Below, piece by piece: positions 11,131 to 20,317 of a stretch of DNA of 64,000 nucleotides (within the stretch, counting starts at the first letter, position 1; the number at the start of each line of letters is the position of its first letter). A program made the translations under genes and the position numbers. The stretch is from Alphaproteobacteria bacterium (lineage in GTDB: Bacteria > Pseudomonadota > Alphaproteobacteria > CAAHEQ01 > UBA3637). The stretch spans positions 2,158-66,157 of the forward strand of contig JAZQXL010000011.1 in the NCBI GenBank assembly GCA_045632845.1, written 5' to 3'. A model generated the notes under the pieces. That model ran no database searches. It saw only the letters and a program-made list of their open reading frames with translations, and was not told the DNA's origin.

Positions 11131-11217
11131 AAATCATCACTGCCATAAAAGATGCAAAAGGTATTCCTTTTAACTCATGATAATAAACTAAAAAAAGCCC
11201 CTAGAAATAGGGGCTTT
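11131..11217 (+). repeat. 87-bp direct repeat, copy 2 (serves as terminator for 11248..12729)
   Basis: Near-identical to 8606-8692. Confidence 0.9.
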
Positions 11218-11247
11218 TTATTGATTTTTAATTTAAGAACTTAAAAG

Positions 11248-12729
11248 CTATTTGCATCCTTTTCCCAATTGTCTTTTTAAACCATCAATAATTGCTGCAT
11301 TTTTAGAATCTTTTGCTTTTGGATCTGCAACAAAAAGTCTGCTTCCATCTTTTTGCTCAACACTTAATGCAAGCAATAATCCAAATACTTTTAATTTTGA
11401 AAGCGTTTCATAAGCCTGCATTTTGGAAACACCTTTTTTCGGAACAAACCCAACCAATCCTGTTTCAGGATTTTGATAAACATCATTGGTTGCAACAACA
11501 TCACTTAAAGCTTGTTGAAAATCAATATTTTGATCTTTCACAGGACGAGGATATGTTTTTTGCTTTATCAACATATTACAAAAACCTCTATTAGAACCAG
11601 AATTTGACAATGTAATGCTTTTAATTTCACCTTGCCGTCCTTTTGCTATTTTGGGACTGACACACCCCATTTTTTGCAACAAATCAAGATCTTTTTGTCC
11701 TAACACTCCATTTTTTGCAGTCAAAACATATTCACAGTTTTCAAGTAAAACATCAAATCTTTCAAAAGCCTTATCTCTAAGCCTTTGTATTTCAGCAGTT
11801 TCCTTTGGAAAGTGTTTTTTAACAGCCTCTGTTAAAAATTCAAAAACTTTAACCGTCCCTGTACTTAACTGTAATGGTTTAACAGCAGCAGCACTTTCCT
11901 CTGTTCCTCTCAAAGAAACTTCTAATGGAGAATCCAAACTAGCAATGTGTCGTTCAATATGTTCACCCGAATAATTTGGCGCTATAAAAATACCATCTGC
12001 TAATTTTTCACCATCTAAATCATTTGTTCTTTTTGGCAAATCTTTTCTGACATAAGGTGAAACCATTCGAATAATATTTTCTTTATCTTTATCTGAAAAA
12101 GGCTTGCTCGAATAAATAATATATGTATCAACACGTTTGCTAAAATCTTTATCCCTTGGCATTTTGTAATAACAGTTATTTTTGCAACAAAAATCATCCA
12201 AAAACTTCGCAACTTCAGCAGCTCCTCTTGCATTGATGTAGATACGCTCCACAATTTCTTCTTTTTGATACCCTTTTGGAAGACGATACAACCAACCATT
12301 CGTTTTCGTATTATTATACATAACAGATTGATCATTTATATAGTTATTTAACTCATCAAGACTGCTTTCTGTTGATACGGGATATGAGGCCACACGTCTA
12401 AAATCATAAACTGCTTTCCCAATATAATCTAACTTGCCTTCTCTTAATTTTTGTATTTCTTTTGCATCAGATGGAAAACCAGGTCTGTTGGCTAATTGTT
12501 GTTTGCGGACATATTCTTTATCATAGGGATACTCAGGATCATTCATTCTAAACAAAGTTTCTTGCAACCCCTGATAAAACATTTCAGCCCCTGTTGATTT
12601 ATAACGGTTTTCAAGAACGCTACTTTTCGTGTGTAAATATATTTTTCTTAAATATTCATCATACGTCATTCCTGGTTGATACAATGCATCTAACAAATCA
12701 GATACTAACATATTATCTTGCTTAATCAT
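11248..12729 (-). CDS. Hypothetical protein with possible HopA1-like domain
   Basis: ERIYIN...YYKM...RVDTYIIYS...LADGIFIA pattern recalls the HopA1 family; the rest is unassigned. Confidence 0.45.
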   Translation of the reverse strand: MIKQDNMLVSDLLDALYQPGMTYDEYLRKIYLHTKSSVLENRYKSTGAEMFYQGLQETLFRMNDPEYPYDKEYVRKQQLANRPGFPSDAKEIQKLREGKLDYIGKAVYDFRRVASYPVSTESSLDELNNYINDQSVMYNNTKTNGWLYRLPKGYQKEEIVERIYINARGAAEVAKFLDDFCCKNNCYYKMPRDKDFSKRVDTYIIYSSKPFSDKDKENIIRMVSPYVRKDLPKRTNDLDGEKLADGIFIAPNYSGEHIERHIASLDSPLEVSLRGTEESAAAVKPLQLSTGTVKVFEFLTEAVKKHFPKETAEIQRLRDKAFERFDVLLENCEYVLTAKNGVLGQKDLDLLQKMGCVSPKIAKGRQGEIKSITLSNSGSNRGFCNMLIKQKTYPRPVKDQNIDFQQALSDVVATNDVYQNPETGLVGFVPKKGVSKMQAYETLSKLKVFGLLLALSVEQKDGSRLFVADPKAKDSKNAAIIDGLKRQLGKGCK

Positions 12730-12932
12730 AAAAACCCCCTATTCTGCATCAGAACATATTTCTTTTTATATCTTTATTATAGCATGATTTATACACCCTT
12801 AAAACAAAATCAAACAACTTATTGATTTATATAAAAAAAATAATATTCATCATCACCAACTCTTTATTGACAAAATGTTACAATCCATATTATCTTTAAA
12901 TAAAGAAAATTTAATAATTAAAAGGATTGCAT

Positions 12933-13640
12933 ATGAAAAGTATTTTAGAAAAAAAATGGATTGGCCCTCTGCTTGTGTTTTTATTGTCAATTGGAATGTC
13001 TATTTCTTTTTCAGTTCAAATAACCCCTTATCTTAAAAAAAATATCCCCATCATCAATGAAACCATTGATAGTTTTTTGCCTATCACCATACAAAATGGG
13101 GAAATTACACAACCTGTAAATACGGTTATTAGCAAAACCATCTTTTTTGAAAAAAAACCACTCAAAATTGTGTTAGACACACGATCAGATACGCTTGATA
13201 TTAACACTCTTTCTGAAGATGGATGGTATTTTAGCAAAAAGTGTTTGTATTCTGTAGCAGGAGAAAAAAGAGAAAGACAATGTCTTAACGCACCACAAAA
13301 TCAAGAAGCTTTTACCATCGATAAGGGAATTGTTCAAACCTCTTTTGATTATATAAAAGACTATATTTCTTTGCTTTTATATGGCGTATTAAGTCTTCTT
13401 ATATTCTGCGTATTTTATCTGATTATTTTGTTTTACACAGTTATTTTACACTGGATTATTGCTCTTTATTATAAAACAACTTTTGGACAAACGCTTTTTG
13501 TCAACACACTTTTTTATATCGCCTTAATGCTGTTTGAAAAAGCAACCAACATTTACACCAGCTTTTTCTTAACAGCACTCTTACTCATTGTAACCAACTT
13601 GTTCATTTGCAAAAACGCAAATGAGAAGAAAAACAATTAA
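12933..13640 (+). CDS. Membrane protein (DUF1189-like)
   Basis: N-terminal TM, LPITIQNGEI..., VLDT, several C-terminal TMs. Confidence 0.55.
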   Translation: MKSILEKKWIGPLLVFLLSIGMSISFSVQITPYLKKNIPIINETIDSFLPITIQNGEITQPVNTVISKTIFFEKKPLKIVLDTRSDTLDINTLSEDGWYFSKKCLYSVAGEKRERQCLNAPQNQEAFTIDKGIVQTSFDYIKDYISLLLYGVLSLLIFCVFYLIILFYTVILHWIIALYYKTTFGQTLFVNTLFYIALMLFEKATNIYTSFFLTALLLIVTNLFICKNANEKKNN

Positions 13641-13655
13641 TCTTTAAGATAGATT

Positions 13656-13790
13656 AAACAAACAAAAAAACCACCCGATGCGGGTGGTTTTAATTTTTGG
13701 TACAGCCGGCTTTATGCATACCGAGCTAATTATTCAGAGGATTTTAAAAAATTGGCGTTAAAGGTGAAATTCCTGCAATTTTAATTTGAG
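13656..13790 (+). repeat. Junction repeat 1 (distal, attL-like)
   Basis: aaaaccacccgatgcgggtggtttt hairpin, TGGTAC, frame WYSRLYAYRANYSEDFKKLALKVKFLQF* (13698-13784). Confidence 0.9.
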
Positions 13791-13891
13791 GATGCGGGCG
13801 TCCCGAATTAAGTTTTCCCTCGGAAAAAATTCTTGTATTCAAGATCAATCTGTGGTACAATGAGGCACAGTTGTTCATGAAAGGTCATAAG

Positions 13892-14446
13892 ATGACACTT
13901 AACACACCAGATTCTGTTAAATTGATAGAGCCCATCATAGAATACGAAGAACAAATTTGCGCATATCGCAAGGAATTTCTGGATTGCAATAGCTCGATGG
14001 ATGGAACCAACGCACTTAAAAAGTTTGAATCCCCAAAAGATTGGATAGATTATGTGCTGCGTTGCAAGGATCCATGTACTGTGCCATCAGGTTTCACTCC
14101 ATCAACTCAATATATACTAGTACGAGAAAAAGACCAAAAAATTGTTGGTATGATCCAAATCAGGCACTATTTTAACGAGTTCTTGAAACAATATGGGGGG
14201 CATATAGGTTATTCTGTTGCGCCAAGCGAACGGCGCAAAGGATATGCGACCTTAATGTTAAAAATGGTGTTACCAAAATGCAAAAAATTGGGTATTGAAA
14301 AGGTGTTAATTTCTTGCATCACAGGCAACGAAGGAAGCAAAAGAGCCATTTTAAATAACAACGGTGTTTATGAATCAACTGTACATGAGCCAGACCAAAA
14401 TGTTAACTTAGAAAGATATTGGATTGATTTATCTCGTTCACGTTAA
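13892..14446 (+). CDS. GNAT family acetyltransferase (cassette 1)
   Basis: VGMIQIRH, GGHIGYSVAPSERRKGYAT, NEGSKRAI. Confidence 0.9.
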   Translation: MTLNTPDSVKLIEPIIEYEEQICAYRKEFLDCNSSMDGTNALKKFESPKDWIDYVLRCKDPCTVPSGFTPSTQYILVREKDQKIVGMIQIRHYFNEFLKQYGGHIGYSVAPSERRKGYATLMLKMVLPKCKKLGIEKVLISCITGNEGSKRAILNNNGVYESTVHEPDQNVNLERYWIDLSRSR

Positions 14447-14542
14447 GTTTGAGTATAAAATTTCATTTAACATAAACTATTTCGGGGGCTCGTTAAACTT
14501 GAACCAATATAACCCCTTGTTTTACAATAAATCACAAAAAAG

Positions 14543-14715
14543 AGTTCGATAAATTGAACCTTACAAAATCGAACTATTATCGAACAAGCACAAGTGCTTA
14601 AAAACAAACAAAAAAAACACCAGATATGGGTGGTTTTAATTTTTGGTACAGCGTGCTTTGCGAATACCGAGCCAATCATTTAGAGGATTTTAAAAAATTA
14701 GCACAACTGATGTAG
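14543..14715 (+). repeat. Junction repeat 2
   Basis: AGTTCGAT...ATCGAACT..ATCGAAC arm, terminator, TGGTAC, frame WYSVLCEYRANHLEDFKKLAQLM* (14644-14715). Confidence 0.9.
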
Positions 14716-14822
14716 ATTCTAATTTTTTACCATTCGTATCATAAGTCTCACATGATTGACTGTTACGAATATTATTATAGAGAGTACAATCCATTTTTAT
14801 TTTTCCATCTTTATAATATTCC

Positions 14823-15365
14823 TTATAAGAACCATCTAAAAACTTCAGTATTCTTTATTTTTAAATGAAGGGCTGTTTTTTCATACTCATTCCAATCAAA
14901 AGAATGTGGATTTTGACTTAAGTATTTTGCCATACGGATAACACCGCCATGGGTCACAATCAATGTATTTTTTATGTCATCCAATTCATCAAAAAACGAT
15001 TTAACCCGAAGGTAAACATCTTCCCAAGATTCTGCATTTACTTCGTGTGGTGTTTTATTGAAAATATCCCATTCATCTTGAGTGATATCTTGAATGAGTC
15101 GACCTTGTAAATTACCAAAATTAATTTCTCTTAGCCTAGAATCAAAGCGGACAGGTAAATGCAATTTCTCATTGATAATTTGAGCGGTTTCTTTTGCTCT
15201 GACTAAATCTGATGAGATAATATTATCTATATTCAGAGATACTATCTTATCCAAACAAATAAGGGCTTCTTTTCTGCCCGTTTCGTTTAATGCCATATCC
15301 AAATGACCTTGGATTTTGCGTTCCAAGTTCCAATCCGTTTGTCCGTGTCTGAGTAAATAAATCAT
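14823..15365 (-). CDS. Histidine phosphatase (phosphoglycerate mutase family)
   Basis: RHGQT, SSDLVRA, LREINFG, VTHGG. Confidence 0.92.
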   Translation of the reverse strand: MIYLLRHGQTDWNLERKIQGHLDMALNETGRKEALICLDKIVSLNIDNIISSDLVRAKETAQIINEKLHLPVRFDSRLREINFGNLQGRLIQDITQDEWDIFNKTPHEVNAESWEDVYLRVKSFFDELDDIKNTLIVTHGGVIRMAKYLSQNPHSFDWNEYEKTALHLKIKNTEVFRWFL

Positions 15366-15387
15366 CTAAAATCCTTTTTGTTTTTAC

Positions 15388-15873
15388 TTATAACTCTTTT
15401 TCAAAACGGATGAGTGGAACATCAAGTTTCCAAAAGTTTTTACTCGGAGCGTTTGTTTTTATCATCCCTTGTTTTTGATAAAAACCAATGGAAGGTCCAT
15501 CCTTGATTGTCCACACAATTAACTTATTATAGCCGTCTTGTTTTTTTAATCGGCAAATCTCTTTCATTAAAGCGCTTCCGACACCTTGTTTTTGAAAATC
15601 AGGATGAACATAAAGCATTTGAATTTCAACAGCTCTTTCTTCCGGATATTCAAGAGTTAAAAATCCAACAACGTGATTTTCTGTTTCGGCAACATAATAT
15701 TCAACTTCTTTAATACGATTAGCTGTTCGTTCTATCACCGCTTCATCAAAAGGCATATTGTCCAGAAAATCATCAGGTAAATATCCTCGATAACAGGCTT
15801 GGTAAGCATGATAGTGGGCGGATTTGATATCTCTGGCATCATTTGGTATGGCTTTACGAATTTTTAATTGCAT
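15388..15873 (-). CDS. GNAT family acetyltransferase
   Basis: LYVHPDFQKQGVGSALM, GFYQKQG. Confidence 0.9.
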   Translation of the reverse strand: MQLKIRKAIPNDARDIKSAHYHAYQACYRGYLPDDFLDNMPFDEAVIERTANRIKEVEYYVAETENHVVGFLTLEYPEERAVEIQMLYVHPDFQKQGVGSALMKEICRLKKQDGYNKLIVWTIKDGPSIGFYQKQGMIKTNAPSKNFWKLDVPLIRFEKEL

Positions 15874-16750
15874 CTAAAATCTCATCTACTTCGTTTGGAT
15901 AAAGATTCTTTGTCTCCGGAACACTTAAATGTTTTGCCAACAAAATCGGTGTATCTAGTGTTATATCCGGATAATGAACCCGCATTTGTTTAAGGCCTGT
16001 TTCTACATCTGGCGTGTGGGTATCAAAACCATCTGTTTCCAAAGCCTGTTTTAAGGGCAGATAATAGACCCCTGTCACATAAACCACCTCTGCCCATTGT
16101 TCTTTCGGACAGTCTTTATAAACCAAAAAACCCTTATGAATAAAACCCTCGTTCAACCGTAGTGTTGAAGTCTTTTCTCCGTTCAACAGAGCCGGCCAAC
16201 GCCTTTCAACTAAATGAAGCCACTGTTGTTTTGGGGATAAAGCATGTTCTATAAATCCTTTGATAATTTCGGCGGTTTCTTCGGGTGTTTGGTTATCATT
16301 GTTGACAATAAAATCAGAATACGGACGGTTTTGATAGCCTTCCTCATACATTTGCCGAATGCGATTTCTTTCCCAATCGTCCAGTTCTCGCATACCACGA
16401 TTTTTCAAACATTCTTCCAAACTCGGTGCAAGGGTAATGTTCAAAAATCGAGTGTTTTCATCGGCTAGAGCAGACCATTTTTGATAACTTTCTTCTGAAA
16501 TCGGATAAGCGAAGATAACGGTTTCAAACTCTTCACCTTCTTTTAATGCCAATAACTTTTCATTCAGTCGTTTTTTTCGTTCTGCCCACCCTTCTTTTAA
16601 GGATAAGCCGATTTTTTCTTGTTCTTCATCGCTCATCAGTTCATCCACTTCAATAAAAGTGGCATTTGGAAGTATATTTACCAAAATCTTAGAAACAGTT
16701 GTTTTGCCTGAATTGATTGGCCCATTGATGTTCAGTATTAGCATAAACAA
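15854..16750 (-). CDS. P-loop nucleotide kinase (AAA-like) fused to an ASCH-like domain
   Basis: GPINSGKTT Walker A, LEECLKNR lid; C-terminal LLNGEKTSTLR (ASCH GxKxxxxR). Confidence 0.65.
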   Translation of the reverse strand: MFMLILNINGPINSGKTTVSKILVNILPNATFIEVDELMSDEEQEKIGLSLKEGWAERKKRLNEKLLALKEGEEFETVIFAYPISEESYQKWSALADENTRFLNITLAPSLEECLKNRGMRELDDWERNRIRQMYEEGYQNRPYSDFIVNNDNQTPEETAEIIKGFIEHALSPKQQWLHLVERRWPALLNGEKTSTLRLNEGFIHKGFLVYKDCPKEQWAEVVYVTGVYYLPLKQALETDGFDTHTPDVETGLKQMRVHYPDITLDTPILLAKHLSVPETKNLYPNEVDEILDAIKNS

Positions 16751-16881
16751 TCTTTAACTCCTTTAATACATTTTATATCTTTATCTTTCCAAAATCAATT
16801 ATTTAATCAAAAGACTCTGTGAAAGCAGAGTTTTTTTGTATTCATTCCATAAATAAATCATATATAACCAAAGGAATGAAC

Positions 16882-17378
16882 ATGAATACAGCAATAGAAA
16901 AATTAGATGAATTATTAGCAAAAGCAAGAACTCAACTTATTGAAAAGAAAGGGTTAAAAGAAGAACAAATAGAGTAACCTGAAGCCACAGAAGAACTCCC
17001 TCAACACCCTGATACAGATTATTTAATCAAGGTCTTTAATCACTTAAAGGATTTGGTATACATCAATACTTAATATGAGTTTTCTGAACAGTTTTTAAAC
17101 AAAAACAACTGCGCAAAGAAAAACAGTTTGGGGAACTGTTTTTCTGCGTAAAGCAATGAAACACTATGAGCCAAAATGGCAATTGTAGGCGAATAGATGT
17201 TGGAATTGATTATGGGATGATACTATCAGAACACAGACATCCATCCATAGATGCATTACATTCTTTAATCAAATCAATCAGCGAACTCAGCGAAGCAGAA
17301 ACCAATCATCAAAGACTTGATGCTCTTTACAAAGAATGCCACAGTTTAATTACAAAAAGGTTATTAAAGAACTATTAG
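16882..17378 (+). pseudogene. Decayed ORF with multiple in-frame stops
   Basis: AAGGA RBS + ATG 16882; MNTAIEKLDELL...EQIE*PEATEELPQH...INT* continues coding-like; downstream fragment 17166..17378. Confidence 0.45.
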
Positions 17379-17584
17379 AAGACAGAAATTTAAAAAATTC
17401 GTTAAATGTCTTAAAGTTCGAGGTTGTTCGAGAAATCCAATCGGGTAAAAATCATCAATGTCCGACAAATCCGTTCGGGAAAAATGGTACTAAAATCTTA
17501 AAATATAGGTGTGTCTAAAAGTCTTTATCGGGCAAAGTGACGTGCAACAGTGACGGGAAAGTAAAAACAGGCGAAAAATAAGCA

Positions 17585-17733
17585 TAAAAAAAAGCCCCAT
17601 TTTTAGGGGCTTATTTTATTTTTGGTACAGCATGCTGAACGAATACCGAGCCAATAATATCAAAGAAATTGATGAGTTGTATCGTTTAATTGAAAGCCTT
17701 TCCTTTCAATTACAACTTGAGCAAGTCACCTAA
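17585..17733 (+). repeat. Junction repeat 3 (divergent)
   Basis: Different terminator (aagcccc-attttt-aggggctt), TGGTAC, frame WYSMLNEYRANNIKEIDELYRLIESLSFQLQLEQVT* (17623-17733). Confidence 0.85.
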
Positions 17734-17769
17734 ACCTGCCATGAGGATGGGAGACAAAAAATAATTTGA

Positions 17770-17790
17770 CTATGTCAAAAAATGTCGTAT
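17770..17790 (+). promoter_or_regulatory. Candidate WYL/DriD operator overlapping the promoter
   Basis: CTATGTCAAAAAATGTCGTAT, spanning TTGACT (17766) and TATATT (17788); related motif at 19302. Confidence 0.5.
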
Positions 17791-17810
17791 ATTGGATATA
17801 TAAGGAGTTT

Positions 17811-18731
17811 ATGATGCCATATGAAAAAACAGAAAATTTATTAGATTTAGCAATTTGTATGCAATCAAATCGCGAAGGTGTTAGTCTTTCCGACATAATG
17901 AATCGTTTCCAAGTATCCAGACGAACAGCAGAAAGAATGCGAGACATGATAGTTTCTCGTTTTATTCAAGCAGAAGAAATCGAGGGTGATAATCGTCAAA
18001 AAAGGTGGCGAATTCCTCAAGGAACATTAAAAGATTTTATTCAATTTTCAGCTGATGATTTGGCTTGCTTAAACTTAGCAAAAGATGCTTTAGAAAAAGA
18101 AAAACTATCCGACAAAGCCATTCAATTAAATACAATTATTGAAAAAATTACAGCCTCAATAAAAACAGACACGCTCAGGAAAATAGAACCAGATGCAGAG
18201 GTTTTATTAGAAGCTCAAGGATTTGCCCGTCGTGTTGGTCCAAAAATCAAAATTAACACCAATTATTTAGATATTATAAAAGAGGCTATTTTATCCACTA
18301 AGAAAATTACAATAACTTATAAGAACGAAAAACAAACTGTTTCGCCTTATGGCTTTTTATACGGAAACAAACATTATTTGGTCGCTTATTCTGATAAAAC
18401 AAAAGAATATCGTTATTTTGCACTGCACAAGTTATCCGATGTTCAACTAACTGATAATATTTTCAGAAAAGATGAAAGTTTTTCATTAGAAGATTTTACA
18501 AAAGATTGCTTTGGTGTGTATCGTGAAGATCCTGTAGAGGTAGAATGGTTATTTAATGCGGAAACGGCAGATGATGCCTCAAAATATGAATTTCATCCCT
18601 CACAACAGATGATAAAAAATCCTGATGGCACTTTGACAGTCAAATTTTTTGCTGGAGGTCAAAAAGAAATGGATTGGCATTTATACACTTGGGGAAATAA
18701 AGTTAAAGTCATTAAACCTGAAAGGAAATAA
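17811..18731 (+). CDS. WYL-domain transcription factor, DriD-like (wHTH-WYL-WCX)
   Basis: LLDLA...VSRRTAERMRD wHTH; PYGFLYGNKHYLVA WYL; FHPSQ...DGTLTVKFFAGG..EMDWHLYTWG C-terminus, as recalled for Caulobacter DriD. Confidence 0.9.
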   Translation: MMPYEKTENLLDLAICMQSNREGVSLSDIMNRFQVSRRTAERMRDMIVSRFIQAEEIEGDNRQKRWRIPQGTLKDFIQFSADDLACLNLAKDALEKEKLSDKAIQLNTIIEKITASIKTDTLRKIEPDAEVLLEAQGFARRVGPKIKINTNYLDIIKEAILSTKKITITYKNEKQTVSPYGFLYGNKHYLVAYSDKTKEYRYFALHKLSDVQLTDNIFRKDESFSLEDFTKDCFGVYREDPVEVEWLFNAETADDASKYEFHPSQQMIKNPDGTLTVKFFAGGQKEMDWHLYTWGNKVKVIKPERK

Positions 18732-18735
18732 AAAA

Positions 18736-19317
18736 ATGGAAAGAAAATTTGTAGATTTGAAATATATCGAACCAAATGCAAAAGTTGTTATTTTAGGAAC
18801 TTTTCCATCAGAGGCATCCAGAGATACATTCTTTTATCATAAATCAACCAATCAATTTTGGAAAATAATGAGTGAAATTTTTGGGGACACCCCAATTAAA
18901 CATTTAGAAACTAAAAAAAATGATCAAAAACCCTCACCAGATGAAAACCTACAATTAATAGAAAATAGAAAAAACTTCTTAAAAAAACATAAAATTGGCT
19001 TATGGGATATGATTAAATCTTGCTATATTGATAATAGTAAAGATTCATCCATTAAAGACCCTGAATACAATGATTTAACAACTTTAAAAACAGAATGTCC
19101 ACAATTGGAATGTATTTTTTTTAGCAGCAAAAAAGCATTTAAACACTATCAAAGATATTTAAAACAAGTTGATGAAACATATAAAAATTGGTTAGAGGAA
19201 ATGTCAAATGGAGAAGAACATATTTTACCATCGCCAAGTTCTGCTAATGCTCGTATGGAATTTAATCAAAAAAAAGAAAAATGGCAAAAACTTTTAACTC
19301 AATACGTCAAAAAATGA
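18736..19317 (+). CDS. Uracil-DNA glycosylase superfamily (hypoxanthine/Mug-like)
   Basis: VILGTFPS..S, FYH..NQFW, IGLWD, LPSPSSAN. Confidence 0.85.
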   Translation: MERKFVDLKYIEPNAKVVILGTFPSEASRDTFFYHKSTNQFWKIMSEIFGDTPIKHLETKKNDQKPSPDENLQLIENRKNFLKKHKIGLWDMIKSCYIDNSKDSSIKDPEYNDLTTLKTECPQLECIFFSSKKAFKHYQRYLKQVDETYKNWLEEMSNGEEHILPSPSSANARMEFNQKKEKWQKLLTQYVKK

Positions 19318-19335
19318 CAGATAGGCATTTTATAC
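19302..19335 (+). promoter_or_regulatory. Second candidate WYL/DriD operator plus -10 box
   Basis: ATACGTCAAAAAATGACAGAT (19302-19322) followed by TATACT (19330-19335). Confidence 0.45.
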
Positions 19336-19360
19336 TCTTTTTGTCAAAGGAGTATAAAAT

Positions 19361-20305
19361 ATGCATAAAAATCACATTTCAACATCACTGAATGATTTTT
19401 TAAATGAAATAGAATTTAAAAAAAATCATCCACATACCCCTGTCGGACTTCCAAGTGGTTTAAGGATTTTTGACACATATACAAACGGCTTTCAAAAAGG
19501 AGATTTAATTTTAATTGGCGCTCGTCCTGCAATGGGGAAAACTGCCTTTGCAATTAATATCTCCTATAATATAAGCAAATATTTTTTTGATTTAGAAAAA
19601 GAAAATCAAAGTATAGATAAATGTGTTCTTTATTTTAACTTAGATGGAACAAACTTATCTCTTATCCCTCGTTTTATTAATTTAGAAACAGAATTTTCGC
19701 ATTGGGATAGGATTAATGGAATAAAAGATGCCCAAACAGAAGAAAATGTTATAAATTCGTGTTTATCCCTATCAAAATTACCAATTTATTTATCCAATAA
19801 AGGGCATAATATAAAAGAAATCAAAGAAGAAATACAAACATTAAATTCTGAACATCAAATTGGGTGTATTATCATTGATTATCTTCAATTCATTGAGAAA
19901 CACACAAATGATTATATGGCTATCTTAAATGAATTCAAAAAAATGGCTATACGAATGAATGTTCCAATTATAGTATTAACACAGTTAAAACGATCGCTTG
20001 AACAAAGAAAAAACAAAATACCAAAGTTGTTTGATATTATCGGATACAATCAAAGAAATGATTCAGCTGATAAAATTATTTTTCTATATCGTAAGATATA
20101 TTACCTTCAAAATCAATTACCTCGAAAACAAAAATACGAGCCACAGAATCATTTTAAACAACGATATAAAAAATGGGAAAATAAATGTGATAAAATAATG
20201 AATAAGTGTAATATTATTATTGCAAAGAACCACTTGGGACCCATTGGAAATATAGAGGTTTCATTTGACTGCATGCGTGGCATATTTAGAGATGCTGAAG
20301 AATAG
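19361..20305 (+). CDS. DnaB-like helicase C-terminal domain only (degenerate)
   Basis: GDLILIGARPAMGKTAFA, IIDYLQ, PIIVLTQLKR, IIAKNHLGPIG; no N-terminal domain. Confidence 0.8.
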   Translation: MHKNHISTSLNDFLNEIEFKKNHPHTPVGLPSGLRIFDTYTNGFQKGDLILIGARPAMGKTAFAINISYNISKYFFDLEKENQSIDKCVLYFNLDGTNLSLIPRFINLETEFSHWDRINGIKDAQTEENVINSCLSLSKLPIYLSNKGHNIKEIKEEIQTLNSEHQIGCIIIDYLQFIEKHTNDYMAILNEFKKMAIRMNVPIIVLTQLKRSLEQRKNKIPKLFDIIGYNQRNDSADKIIFLYRKIYYLQNQLPRKQKYEPQNHFKQRYKKWENKCDKIMNKCNIIIAKNHLGPIGNIEVSFDCMRGIFRDAEE

Positions 20306-20317
20306 ATTTTGCACGAT

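Noticed and set aside
14467-14679. 70-aa minus-strand ORF, and the similar ORF at 21050..21244
   Set aside because: They are antisense read-throughs of the junction repeat and tRNA; the similarity comes from the DNA repeat
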